Source of the DNA: Candidatus Omnitrophota bacterium
GTDB lineage: Bacteria > Omnitrophota > Gorgyraeia > Duberdicusellales > 4484-171
Length of the DNA stretch: 64,000 nucleotides
Direction of reading: 5' to 3'
Assembly: GCA_043823745.1 (NCBI GenBank)
Contig: JBDRAN010000059.1
Span: 9,105-73,104, forward strand
Shown here: piece after piece, positions 9,074 to 17,620 of the stretch
Numbering within the stretch: position 1 is the stretch's first letter
Layout: each line of letters starts with the position of its first letter
Notes under the pieces: generated by a model
Database searches by the model: none
What the model was told of the DNA's origin: nothing
Seen by the model: the letters and a program-made list of their open reading frames with translations, nothing else
Program-made: the position numbers and the translations under genes

Positions 9074-9846
9074 TGGTAAATCTTAAAGGAAAAACAGCAA
9101 TTGTAACCGGCGCAAGCCGTGGTATTGGCAAGGCCTTGGCCTGCACTGCCGCAAGCCTTGGTATTAATCTTGGTATCGCCGCGCGCGGTGAGGGGCCTTT
9201 AAAGGAAACCGCCAAAGAGATCGAGAAAAAATATAAGGTACAAGTTGTGGCGGTGCCTTGCGATGTGACTAAACTTTCAGATTTAGAAAATCTGGTTGAA
9301 GAAACCAAGAAGCACTTTGGTTTTATTGATATCCTTATTAATAATGCCGGTGTTTCAAGCCAATATCCGTTCGAGAAGCAACCGATAGAGGATTTAGAGA
9401 GGCTTGCCTACACCAATTATCTTGGGTACGTGCGCCTGATTCGTCTGGTGATCAATGATATGATCGCGCGTAAATCCGGCGCTATCATCAATATGGTTTC
9501 CGGCTCGACTCTGGTTGATCCGGTTCCGCGTAATTTTATCGTGTATAGTTCCTTGAAGGTTGGGTTACGCGCGTTCTGCAAGGGGTTATTCTGGGAGATG
9601 CGCGATCACGGTATTAAGGTTACTTCAATTTTACCCGGCGTTACCGATACCGATTTAACTGGTAAGCTTGCGGAGGTAACGAATGATGCAGGTCGGCTCA
9701 TGACTACCGAGGCAATCGAGAATGCAGTGAAGTTCGCTTTGACGGTCCCGGCAAATGTCTGTCCTTTGGAAATTGCAGTTATCAACCAGCAGACCCCCTG
9801 GACTAAACCGGTGATACCGTTTAAGCAGACGCATCCGGATAAATAG
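9074..9846 (+). CDS. Short-chain dehydrogenase/reductase (ketoreductase-like SDR)
   Basis: TGASRGIGKA cofactor motif, NNAG motif, and catalytic Y-x3-K within YSSLKVGLRAF. The real start is likely ATG 9074 after the AGGAGG RBS, not the longer ORF from 9016. Confidence 0.8.
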
Positions 9847-9980
9847 AGAGATTGTTAATTGGTGATTACATAATAATATATTATCCCGACAGCTAAGCAC
9901 TGCGAAAATTTATACTAAATTTTCTTGTAGCCGTCGGGATGCTTCGCTCCATAGGAATGGGGCTCGCAAGGAGGTTTTAG

Positions 9981-11438
9981 ATGAAGGTTTTATTTGTGCA
10001 ACCAAAAATCGGCGCGTGGGCAACACATGGAACACACTTTGCACCGAATCAGCTGTACGCGCAATGGGGAGCGTATATTCGCGCCAAGGGGTATAGTAAC
10101 CTTGAGGTGTTGGACGCGACGGTTCTCGCTATCGGGCTTGAGCAGATCGGGGAAAAAGTTAAAGAAAAAAATCCCGATGTCGTCGTGCTTGGCGATATGA
10201 TTCATTGTTCTGTCGGTTTTGGCATCATCTGGCATTTTAACCAGGCCGCCGCGCGCGTTAAGCAGGCGCTGCCAAAAGTGAAAGTGGTGATGGGCGGGCT
10301 GTGGTATTCCGCGCTTCCGGTGCAAACGTTAGAGGACAATCCAGCGATTGACTATGTGGTTATGGGAGAGGAAGAATCATTTTTTGATCTCATTGACGCG
10401 CTTGCCAAAGGCAAAAGCACCAAAGATATTGGCGGCGTTACTTCGCGCGTAGACGGCTTGCCCGTAATGGGCCCGCATAGGCCTTTACTGCAGGATTTAG
10501 ATCAGCTGCCGCTTCCGGCGTATGATTTGTTTCCGATGGATAAATATGTGGGGCATACCTTCTGGAAGCCGTTTGTGGAAATGATTACTTCCCGGGGGTG
10601 TCCTTCAGCGTGCACATTCTGCTACGAGTGGGATCAGTATGATCCTCGTTCACCTAATGATTTTTTAACCTGGCGCGCAAAATCTCCGGAGCGTGTTATT
10701 GAGGAGCTCGAGCTCTTGCATAAAATGGGCACGAAAGTCGTTGTTATCCAGGATGATAATTTCAATGTGGATGCTAGCCGCGTTGAGAAGTTTTGTCAGT
10801 TGAAAAAAGCAAAGAATAATCCGATTAAATGGGTGTCGCTCGGCCGCGCCGTTGACTGGGTCAACTGTGAAAAAATATTGCCGCTTATGAAAGAAACCGG
10901 TATGTTTATGGGGGTTTTCGGCATTGAGGTCACCACACCGGAAGAGCTTAAGAAAATAGCCAAAGGTATCACTATCGATCAAATCAAAAAGACCATTGAT
11001 ATTTTGCGTGCGCAAGATATCGCCATCGTCGCGGATATCATGATGGGCTTTGATGAGGACACGGAATATTCGATTAAGCAGCGTTATGAGTTTACCGATG
11101 AAGTTGATCCTGATATTCTGTGGGTCGGGTATGTTACGCCGGCCCCTAATTCTCCTATTTGGCGCCAGAGAGTCAAGCGCGGCGAGATCGATATCAAAAA
11201 GATTGATTTTCTTAAATGGGATTTTCTGCATCCGGTCATGGCAACCCCGCACCTTTCGCTTGAAGATTATGGAAGGCTCGGAGCGTGGTGCATGCGTGAA
11301 TTTTTTTCAAAGCCCGGTAGGATCCAGCGCATTATGACCAGCAACTTCGATCCCTTGGCAAAGCTTTGTTTTGAGGATGTTATGCGCGGGGTAACCAAGT
11401 GGGAAGCCGGCGCGGTGAAGGGAGAGAAGCATATTTAA
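9981..11438 (+). CDS. B12-binding-domain radical SAM protein
   Basis: N-terminal cobalamin-binding-like domain followed by the radical SAM motif SRGCPSACTFCYEW (C-x3-C-x2-C). Confidence 0.8.
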   Translation: MKVLFVQPKIGAWATHGTHFAPNQLYAQWGAYIRAKGYSNLEVLDATVLAIGLEQIGEKVKEKNPDVVVLGDMIHCSVGFGIIWHFNQAAARVKQALPKVKVVMGGLWYSALPVQTLEDNPAIDYVVMGEEESFFDLIDALAKGKSTKDIGGVTSRVDGLPVMGPHRPLLQDLDQLPLPAYDLFPMDKYVGHTFWKPFVEMITSRGCPSACTFCYEWDQYDPRSPNDFLTWRAKSPERVIEELELLHKMGTKVVVIQDDNFNVDASRVEKFCQLKKAKNNPIKWVSLGRAVDWVNCEKILPLMKETGMFMGVFGIEVTTPEELKKIAKGITIDQIKKTIDILRAQDIAIVADIMMGFDEDTEYSIKQRYEFTDEVDPDILWVGYVTPAPNSPIWRQRVKRGEIDIKKIDFLKWDFLHPVMATPHLSLEDYGRLGAWCMREFFSKPGRIQRIMTSNFDPLAKLCFEDVMRGVTKWEAGAVKGEKHI

Positions 11439-11449
11439 TGAGTCCTGTT

Positions 11450-11546
11450 TTTGCCTCAGTTGATTATTTTCGCAATTTCCTGTGCCCCAAAAGCGTAGGA
11501 AATTGCGAGAGAAACTATCGGGTGCAAAAACAGGACGAATTACCCC
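11450..11546. repeat. Copy C (inverted orientation) of the ~95-bp nested-palindrome element
   Basis: The reverse complement matches copies A and B. It starts 12 nt after the radical SAM stop codon. Confidence 0.7.
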
Positions 11547-11590
11547 GGACCACTTTCAAAAAAAATCGAAGAGATTTTTTGAACATGTAG

Positions 11591-12523
11591 GTGGTTCTGG
11601 TTGTATCTTCTCGATTACTAAGCAATTTTAAATCTATGTTGTGTGACGCACATCTTCATTTTATTCCCGAAGAGCTCGCCGGCCACACCTCTTTTTATAA
11701 AGGGGTATGGACGGACAAGGGGAAACTGTACGCTTTTCTTGATGCCCAAGGTATCGAGAGGGCACTCCTGGTGTATCCTTCGACGGATGCTCATTTGAAG
11801 CTTGGAGGGTATGCGCGTGTGTGCCATATGTATAATGCTTCCTGTCTTTCCCTTGCGAAAGAAAACAAGAAGATTATCCCCTCTGCGATTGTCGATATCG
11901 AAAACCTTACCGACATTACTTCTTGCGTTGCGGCGTTGCGTCAGGATGGTTTTCGCGCGATCAGCCTTGCCTCAAGCTACGCCGGCCGGTTCATCATTAA
12001 GGAACTTATACCTCTTTTTGAGGCGGTCGAGAAATATGGACTCGCAATTTTTGTCCACCCGCAAACTATAAACCCCATCGGTTTTGATCGTGTTAATGAT
12101 CCGCTGCTTATGCCGGTGCTTGAGTATAGCTTTGACAGCTCCATGTTTATGGGGCTTTTAATGATGGAGGGGGTTTTAGAAAAATTCGATATCCCTTTTA
12201 TCTTTTCATCATTAGGGGGGGTAATGCCGTTTTTAAAAGAGCGCTTTGACCGCGTCTACGGGATGCTTAGAGCCCGCAGTATCGTGAAAGATTTAGGGAA
12301 AAATCCCTCCGAGGTTCTCAAAAAAGTTTATGTGGATACTTCAAGTGCGTCTCTTGTACACATCAGGCTTGCGATTGAGCTTTTCGGGGAAGATAAAATT
12401 CTCTGGGGTTCTGATTATCCGGTGGCAGGCGATGTGACTGCAAGTATTGCGATGTTTGATGCGCTTGACCCGGCTCTAAAAGAAAAAATTACCGGTAGTA
12501 ACTTTCTGAAGCTTTTTGGTTAA
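11591..12523 (+). CDS. Amidohydrolase-2 family protein (ACMSD / aromatic-acid decarboxylase-like metal-dependent hydrolase)
   Basis: HLHFIP metal-binding His pair near the N-terminus, and a D-x-P motif (WGSDYPV) near the C-terminus, typical of PF04909. The start could instead be the internal Met at 11636. Confidence 0.6.
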   Translation: MVLVVSSRLLSNFKSMLCDAHLHFIPEELAGHTSFYKGVWTDKGKLYAFLDAQGIERALLVYPSTDAHLKLGGYARVCHMYNASCLSLAKENKKIIPSAIVDIENLTDITSCVAALRQDGFRAISLASSYAGRFIIKELIPLFEAVEKYGLAIFVHPQTINPIGFDRVNDPLLMPVLEYSFDSSMFMGLLMMEGVLEKFDIPFIFSSLGGVMPFLKERFDRVYGMLRARSIVKDLGKNPSEVLKKVYVDTSSASLVHIRLAIELFGEDKILWGSDYPVAGDVTASIAMFDALDPALKEKITGSNFLKLFG

Positions 12524-12619
12524 CAGTAACACGTATCACGTACCACGTAACATGTTTTTTATATAGTCAAAAGGCCTGATACCTGCTACGTGTAGCGTGC
12601 TACAGATACGTTTAAATAA
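12524..12619. repeat. CACGT/ACGTG word cluster (TAACACGTATCACGTACCACGTAACATG ... CTGCTACGTGTAGCGTGCTACAG). A related cluster lies at 7155-7226 (ATCACGTCGCACGTAACAGGTAACACGTTC...GATACGTGTTGC).
   Basis: Read directly; shared words ATCACGT, TAACACGT and CACGTAACA in both intergenic regions. Confidence 0.45.
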
Positions 12620-13423
12620 ATGAAAATATATAATAACGGTCAATTAGTCGATAAAGAGGGTATGCTTGAGATTTTTGAACCGGGGTTTCTTTTTGGCTGG
12701 GGAGCTTTTGAGACACTGCGCGCCTACCAGGGAAAGATACCGTTCCTGGCGCAACACATCGCGCGTCTGAACGAAACCTCAAAACATCTTGCGCTTGAGC
12801 TCGTGAGTCTTAACTTCGAAGAAATAATCAAAACGTTATTGCGCGAGAACAATGTGCTCGATGCCTACATACGTATTACCGCGTACAAGAGACGAGAAGG
12901 CACCGGTGTTCTGGTGTATATCGATCAATTCGGTTATTATCCGCAAAGCGTTTACGATAAGGGTTTTCGCGCTATCTTCACGCGCCATCGCCGGGATGCG
13001 GGGAATTATTTTTCAAAGATAAAGGCGCTCAGCTATCTTGAAAATCGCATGGCCTGGCACTCCGCGCAGGCCTCCGGCAATGATGAGGCGCTTATCTTAA
13101 ATAAAGAAGGGTTTTTGGTTGGAGGGTCTCGGAGTAATTTATTCTTGGTACGTAAAAAAGAAGTGCTCACGCCTTCGTTTGCAAATGGTGCGACAAATGG
13201 GATTACGCGTGATATAGTTATGGAATTGGCGCGTCAGATGCATATTGAGGTGCATGAGGCTGAACTTACCCAGGAAGACCTTTTTAGTTGTGATGAAGCT
13301 TTTCTGACTAGCGCTTTACTGGAGGTTATGCCTTTGGTAGAATGTGATGGTGATCCTATCGGTACCGCAAAGCCCGGCCCGGCCACACGTTTATTTTTAG
13401 AAGAATATAGGAAAAGTTTATGA
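12620..13423 (+). CDS. Class IV PLP aminotransferase-fold protein (BCAT / 4-amino-4-deoxychorismate-lyase-like), short form
   Basis: 267 aa with overall fold-type-IV architecture; the PLP-lysine region is near YKGFRAIFTRHRR. The size matches ADC lyase or D-amino-acid aminotransferase. Confidence 0.6.
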   Translation: MKIYNNGQLVDKEGMLEIFEPGFLFGWGAFETLRAYQGKIPFLAQHIARLNETSKHLALELVSLNFEEIIKTLLRENNVLDAYIRITAYKRREGTGVLVYIDQFGYYPQSVYDKGFRAIFTRHRRDAGNYFSKIKALSYLENRMAWHSAQASGNDEALILNKEGFLVGGSRSNLFLVRKKEVLTPSFANGATNGITRDIVMELARQMHIEVHEAELTQEDLFSCDEAFLTSALLEVMPLVECDGDPIGTAKPGPATRLFLEEYRKSL

Positions 13424-14370
13424 CAATGCATGATCTAAAGTTTTCCCCCTTATTCTGTCCCATTCACTTGAAAGCGGATAGTATCGCTATCCTTGATGAG
13501 ACGCTTCTGCCCCATAAAGTCAAATATATTGAAGTCAAAGACTATCGCGCGGCCTGCGATGCTATCAAGGGGATGAAGACTCGCGCGGTCGGACAGGTTA
13601 TTCTTGTTTTTTATACGTTTCTTTTGACCATACGTAAGAACCAGGATAAAAAAGATCTATTGCCTCTTTTAGAAGAGGTGGCGCAGGCAATCAACGCGAC
13701 CCGGCCGACATTATCGTTTAAGTATTTAACCGATATGATTCTGGGTTGGGCCCAAGCCGGGGCGCCCCTCGAGAAAAGTATTCTTGGATTTTTGGAGGGG
13801 CTTAAATACACGCGAATCGAGCAAGCCAAAGAAGCTGCGGCACTACTTTCTGACGGCGATACCATACTCACACATTGTAACATCAGTGGCCTTATGCCTT
13901 TAATTGGCCAGCTTGCCCACGCTGGAAATAAAAAAGTAACTTTCTTTGCTACCGAAACCAGGCCTTATTTGCAAGGTTCCCGGCTTACCGCCTGGGAACT
14001 AAAAGAAGCTGGTTTTGAGGTAATAGTTATTACTGATAACATGGTTGCTCAGGTAATGCATGAAGGAAAGATTGATAAGGTTATTGTGGGGGCAGACCAT
14101 CTTGCTGTGAACGGTGATGTTGCCAATAAGATCGGTACCTATCAAATCGCGATTGTCGCGCGAAACTTCAATATTCCTTTTTACGTGGTTTGCCCACCGG
14201 CTTCACGCGCCAAAAGCGGTAAGGATATTACCATCGAGATACGGCCGGATAAAGAATTGCTTGAGTACCAGGGTCTTCGGCTTGCGCCCAAGGGAGCACG
14301 AGGGTATTATCCGGCGTTTGACGTGACACCGAATGAGCTTATTAGTAAACATATTTATTTTAAAATATAA
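13420..14370 (+). CDS. eIF-2B alpha/beta/delta-family sugar-phosphate isomerase (MtnA / 5-deoxyribose-1-phosphate isomerase-like)
   Basis: 316 aa; conserved C-terminal GADhlavNGdvaNKiGTyqiAi block typical of S-methyl-5-thioribose-1-P isomerase and relatives. Confidence 0.7.
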   Translation: MTMHDLKFSPLFCPIHLKADSIAILDETLLPHKVKYIEVKDYRAACDAIKGMKTRAVGQVILVFYTFLLTIRKNQDKKDLLPLLEEVAQAINATRPTLSFKYLTDMILGWAQAGAPLEKSILGFLEGLKYTRIEQAKEAAALLSDGDTILTHCNISGLMPLIGQLAHAGNKKVTFFATETRPYLQGSRLTAWELKEAGFEVIVITDNMVAQVMHEGKIDKVIVGADHLAVNGDVANKIGTYQIAIVARNFNIPFYVVCPPASRAKSGKDITIEIRPDKELLEYQGLRLAPKGARGYYPAFDVTPNELISKHIYFKI

Positions 14371-14483
14371 CACGATTACCCTGATTTCCGCCACTTTGAT
14401 ATTTTATGTCGGCTGGTCCGCCTCCGGCGGAAGAGAAAGATTGCACAGGTTAATAACGATCTGCGCAAATACAAAAAGGAAAT

Positions 14484-15488
14484 ATGATAATCAATAACAA
14501 CGAAAAAATATTAAAAAAAGAAATAATCAATATTGGTAAAAAATTATATGAGTTGCGCCTTGTGGTTGCGCGCGCGGGAAATTTGAGTGCGCGGCTTGAT
14601 GGAAACACTGTCTTAGTTACTGCGAGCGGTACAAGTTTGGGGAATCTCACCGTAGATGATATTATCCGGATTGACATCCATAATGAGGAGGATGCAAAAA
14701 ATCCCCGTATAACGTCCGAGTTTCCTTTGCATCGTCTCGTGTATAAGAATTTTCCAAACAAAGTAACCATTCATTGCCACCCCACATTGATTAACGCTTA
14801 TTTTGCCCTTTTCTCTGACTTAAAGGCATTGACGTTTGAAACCAAACTTTATGTGGGCACCATTCCGGTTGTCGAGCAAGACACCCCATCAATCACGAAA
14901 CCGCAACTCGTGATTGATGCGTTAAAAATCAGCAATCTGGTTGTTATAAAAAATCATGGCGTGGTTGCAATCGCAGATACATTTAGGGATGCGTTATATG
15001 TAATCGAGACTTTGGAAGAGGCAGTAAAGGTAGCAGCAACTGCTCGTTTATTTAAAAAAGAAATTCTTGATAGTTTAGATACGGAATTAAAAGAAAATTT
15101 TCAAAGTGATTCGGCATTCGTAATGTTTTCAGAAGATCATATTCGCGCTATCGTGGATTTGGTAAATAAAGATGAGCTTATTGCAGCCAAAGGCAAAGAA
15201 TTGGATTTGACGTTAAAGCTGGCCATACAACTTGACGGTCATGACAAAATCTATAAATTTAATTTCGAAAAAGGAACAATCGTCAAATTAGATTTTGATG
15301 CAGATGCTCCCTTTGTGATCTCTGCGCCGACTGATGTTTGGGAATTAATCTTTTTGGGAAAACTTGATCCCTTTGTCGCCACCACACAAGGAAAAATGAA
15401 ATTACAGGGGCACTTAGGCCAGCTGAGCCGCTGGTATGTGCCGTTTACCCGGCTGTTTCAGTTGTTTAAACAAGTAAGAATTAAATAA
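14484..15488 (+). CDS. Class II aldolase/adducin-domain protein (MtnB / fuculose-P aldolase-like) fused to a C-terminal SCP2 sterol-carrier-like domain
   Basis: N-terminal class II aldolase pattern (VARAGNLSARLDG, IHCHPT). The C-terminal ~100 aa carry the SCP2 pattern (ATTQGKMKLQGHLGQLSRW). Confidence 0.65.
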   Translation: MIINNNEKILKKEIINIGKKLYELRLVVARAGNLSARLDGNTVLVTASGTSLGNLTVDDIIRIDIHNEEDAKNPRITSEFPLHRLVYKNFPNKVTIHCHPTLINAYFALFSDLKALTFETKLYVGTIPVVEQDTPSITKPQLVIDALKISNLVVIKNHGVVAIADTFRDALYVIETLEEAVKVAATARLFKKEILDSLDTELKENFQSDSAFVMFSEDHIRAIVDLVNKDELIAAKGKELDLTLKLAIQLDGHDKIYKFNFEKGTIVKLDFDADAPFVISAPTDVWELIFLGKLDPFVATTQGKMKLQGHLGQLSRWYVPFTRLFQLFKQVRIK

Positions 15489-15534
15489 TAACGCGAATAA
15501 ATTCACGTTTTTTCGCGCAATACAAGGAGGCCTT

Positions 15535-16347
15535 ATGGATTGGGGAATGAAAAATCGTTTAGAGCAACTTATTCCAAAAGGTCGGTGTTTCTTTTTGCCC
15601 ATCGACCATGGATATTTCCAAGGTCCAACTCGTTGCCTTGAGCAACCCGGAGAAACCATTAAGCCTTTGCTGGCGTATTGCGATGCCTTGTTCGTCACGA
15701 GGGGGGTATTGCGCGCAGCAGTAGAACCAGCTCTTGGTAAACCTATTATATTAAGGGTATCCGGCGGAACAAGCATGGCGGGAAAAGATTTAACCGATGA
15801 AGGAATTACAACTTCCATAGAGGAAATCATCCGCGTGAACGCTTCGGCAGTTGGCGTTTCTGTTTTTATCGGCAGCGACCATGAACACAAAACATTAATG
15901 AGCCTGGCACATATGGTCAATGAATGCGAAACGTACGGAATTCCGGTTATGGCGGTGACCGCAGTGGGAAAGGAACTGGAAAAACGTGATGCGCGCTATC
16001 TTGGTTTATGCTGTCGCATCGCCGCGGAACTCGGCGCGCGCATTGTAAAAACATATTGGTGTGAAGGCTTTGATAAAGTAGTGCGTGGTTGTCCCGTGCC
16101 CGTAGTGATAGCCGGCGGACCTGCATGCGATACAGAACATCAGGTATTCGAATTCGTCCATGATGGGATCACACGTGGCGCTATCGGCGTAAATCTGGGA
16201 AGAAATGTCTGGCAGAGTCCCCATCCCGTTGCGATGGCAAAAGCATTACGGGCAATCATTCATGAGAACGTCTCAGTCAAAAAAGCACAGGAAATATTTA
16301 ATGAGGAAGCATCTTTTTCGAAGCGGCGCAATAGAAAAAGTGGGTAG
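15535..16347 (+). CDS. DhnA-type class I aldolase (archaeal FBP aldolase / ADH-synthase AroA' / GriI-like)
   Basis: 270 aa, TIM-barrel class I aldolase pattern with the Schiff-base Lys region RIVKTYW and a typical LPIDHGY N-terminus. Confidence 0.65.
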   Translation: MDWGMKNRLEQLIPKGRCFFLPIDHGYFQGPTRCLEQPGETIKPLLAYCDALFVTRGVLRAAVEPALGKPIILRVSGGTSMAGKDLTDEGITTSIEEIIRVNASAVGVSVFIGSDHEHKTLMSLAHMVNECETYGIPVMAVTAVGKELEKRDARYLGLCCRIAAELGARIVKTYWCEGFDKVVRGCPVPVVIAGGPACDTEHQVFEFVHDGITRGAIGVNLGRNVWQSPHPVAMAKALRAIIHENVSVKKAQEIFNEEASFSKRRNRKSG

Positions 16348-16378
16348 TCCAACAGGACACCCGGCTGGGTAGCCGAAT
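16341..16378. terminator. Palindromic element TGGGTAG-TCCAACAGGacaCCCGGCTGGGTAG overlapping the aldolase stop codon. It belongs to the CCAACAGG-N3-CCTGTTGG hairpin family.
   Basis: Inverted repeat CCAACAGG/CCGGCTGG (one G-C mismatch class). The same motif recurs at 32719-32753 and 32824-32849. Confidence 0.4.
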
Positions 16379-16588
16379 TAATCCCGCCGTATAAAGCGAA
16401 GGCGGGATAATGAGTTTAATGATGTTAAGGGGAATAAATAAAATCCGAAGCACGAAATCCGAAATACGAGACAAACCTGAATGTCCGAATTTTCCAAAAT
16501 TCAAAAAGAGTAGTTCTTGTTATTGGTTATCCGTGTTTTGGGAACTTAAACATTGTTTCGGATTTACCTCTTAATAAGGAATAGTTAT

Positions 16589-17620
16589 ATGAAAGTAGCA
16601 ATGTATTACAGTAATAGCGATGTTCGTATCGAAGAAATGCCAAAACCAACAGTCGGTGCTGTTGAGCTCTTGCTTAAAGTAAAAGCCAGCGGTATCTGCG
16701 GTAGTGATGTTCTAGAATGGTATCGAATAAAGAAAGCGCCCATTGTGTTAGGCCACGAGGTTACCGGAGAGATTGTCGAACGAGGCTCTGCGGTAAAGCG
16801 CTATAACATTGGCGATAGGGTTTTCGTTTCGCATCACGTGCCGTGCAATAGCTGCCGTTATTGTCTTAGCGGAAATCATACCGTATGCGAGACTTTGCAC
16901 ACTACGAATTATTATCCGGGAGGATTTTCAGAGTATATCCGTGTACCGCAGATTAACATCGAGCGAGGCACTTTTTTACTACCTAAAAACGTTTCTTTTG
17001 AAGAAGGAACTTTCATTGAACCTTTAGCATGCGTAATCCGCGGGCAAAGGTTAGCGGGCCTTACGAAAGGCCAAAGCATACTAATACTGGGAGCGGGTAT
17101 TTCGGGGTTGCTCCATTTATTAGTGGCACGCACTAGAACAGATGCATGCGTAGCGGTCACTGATATTAACGAATATCGTTTAACGATGGCAACGAAATTT
17201 GGGGCAGACGCTGCCATAAACGCCAAAGACGATATTGCCCAACATTTCCGTCGCATCAATAACGATAGATTGGCGGACGTAGTAATCGTATGCACCTCTG
17301 CAGTGTCTGCATTCGCGCAAGCAATGAGATGCGTGGACCGCGCAGGCACCATTCTTTGCTTTGCTTCTACCGAACCAGGCATTGATGTTGCGGTTCCGGT
17401 GAATGATTTCTGGCGCAAGAGCATTAAGATTGTACATTCCTACGGTGCAAGCCCTTCTGACTTAAACGAAGCTCTAGAGATTCTGCGCGACAAAGAAGTT
17501 AGTGTGGCAGGCCTCATTACCCATCGTTTAAGCCTGCCAGAGGTAGGTTTAGGTTTTAAGCTTGCTAGTGAAGCTAAAGAGTGTATTAAGGTGATTATTG
17601 TTCCATTAAATAAAAAATGA
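16589..17620 (+). CDS. Zinc-dependent medium-chain alcohol dehydrogenase (threonine/sorbitol dehydrogenase-like MDR)
   Basis: GICGSDV...GHE catalytic-zinc motif, structural-zinc cysteines C-x2-C-x2-C-x7-C (CNSCRYCLSGNHTVC), and GAGISG NAD motif. Start chosen at ATG 16589 after the AAGGAA RBS. Confidence 0.8.
   Translation: MKVAMYYSNSDVRIEEMPKPTVGAVELLLKVKASGICGSDVLEWYRIKKAPIVLGHEVTGEIVERGSAVKRYNIGDRVFVSHHVPCNSCRYCLSGNHTVCETLHTTNYYPGGFSEYIRVPQINIERGTFLLPKNVSFEEGTFIEPLACVIRGQRLAGLTKGQSILILGAGISGLLHLLVARTRTDACVAVTDINEYRLTMATKFGADAAINAKDDIAQHFRRINNDRLADVVIVCTSAVSAFAQAMRCVDRAGTILCFASTEPGIDVAVPVNDFWRKSIKIVHSYGASPSDLNEALEILRDKEVSVAGLITHRLSLPEVGLGFKLASEAKECIKVIIVPLNKK

Noticed and set aside
8964-9308. 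114-aa minus-strand ORF and the 9016-start extension of the SDR gene
   Set aside because: Both span the tandem 23-bp direct repeats (translations duplicate ...CIEMHTG...). The better-supported SDR start is ATG 9074 after AGGAGG. The antisense ORF overlaps the SDR coding region.
10665-11252. 195-aa minus-strand ORF inside the B12-radical SAM gene, and similar long antisense ORFs inside SMC (59711-60238, 60121-60678), MMPL (47639-48127) and others
   Set aside because: Fully embedded antisense to confidently assigned genes. They have no motifs, and their compositional bias (R/L/S-rich, or K/F-rich opposite coiled-coil-encoding DNA) is consistent with non-coding frames.
6350-11590. Possible CRISPR array, suggested by recurring ~30-bp GCAATTTCC-containing repeats
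   Set aside because: There are only three copies, separated by 2.3-2.6 kb of coding sequence rather than 25-40-bp spacers. One copy is inverted, the repeats are ~95 bp with nested palindromes, and there are no cas genes.
14450-14770. 106-aa minus-strand ORF overlapping the 5' end of the class II aldolase gene
   Set aside because: Antisense to a homologous CDS; begins within the intergenic AT-rich promoter; low-complexity Ile/Phe-rich translation.
16348-16552. ATCCGAA-repeat stretch (AAATCCGAAGCACGAAATCCGAAATACGAG...GTCCGAATTTTCC) considered as a distinct tandem repeat locus or sRNA
   Set aside because: Only 3-4 loose copies within an AT-rich promoter region upstream of the ADH gene; no stem-loop support. 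Better treated as part of the general word-cluster phenomenon than as a separate feature.
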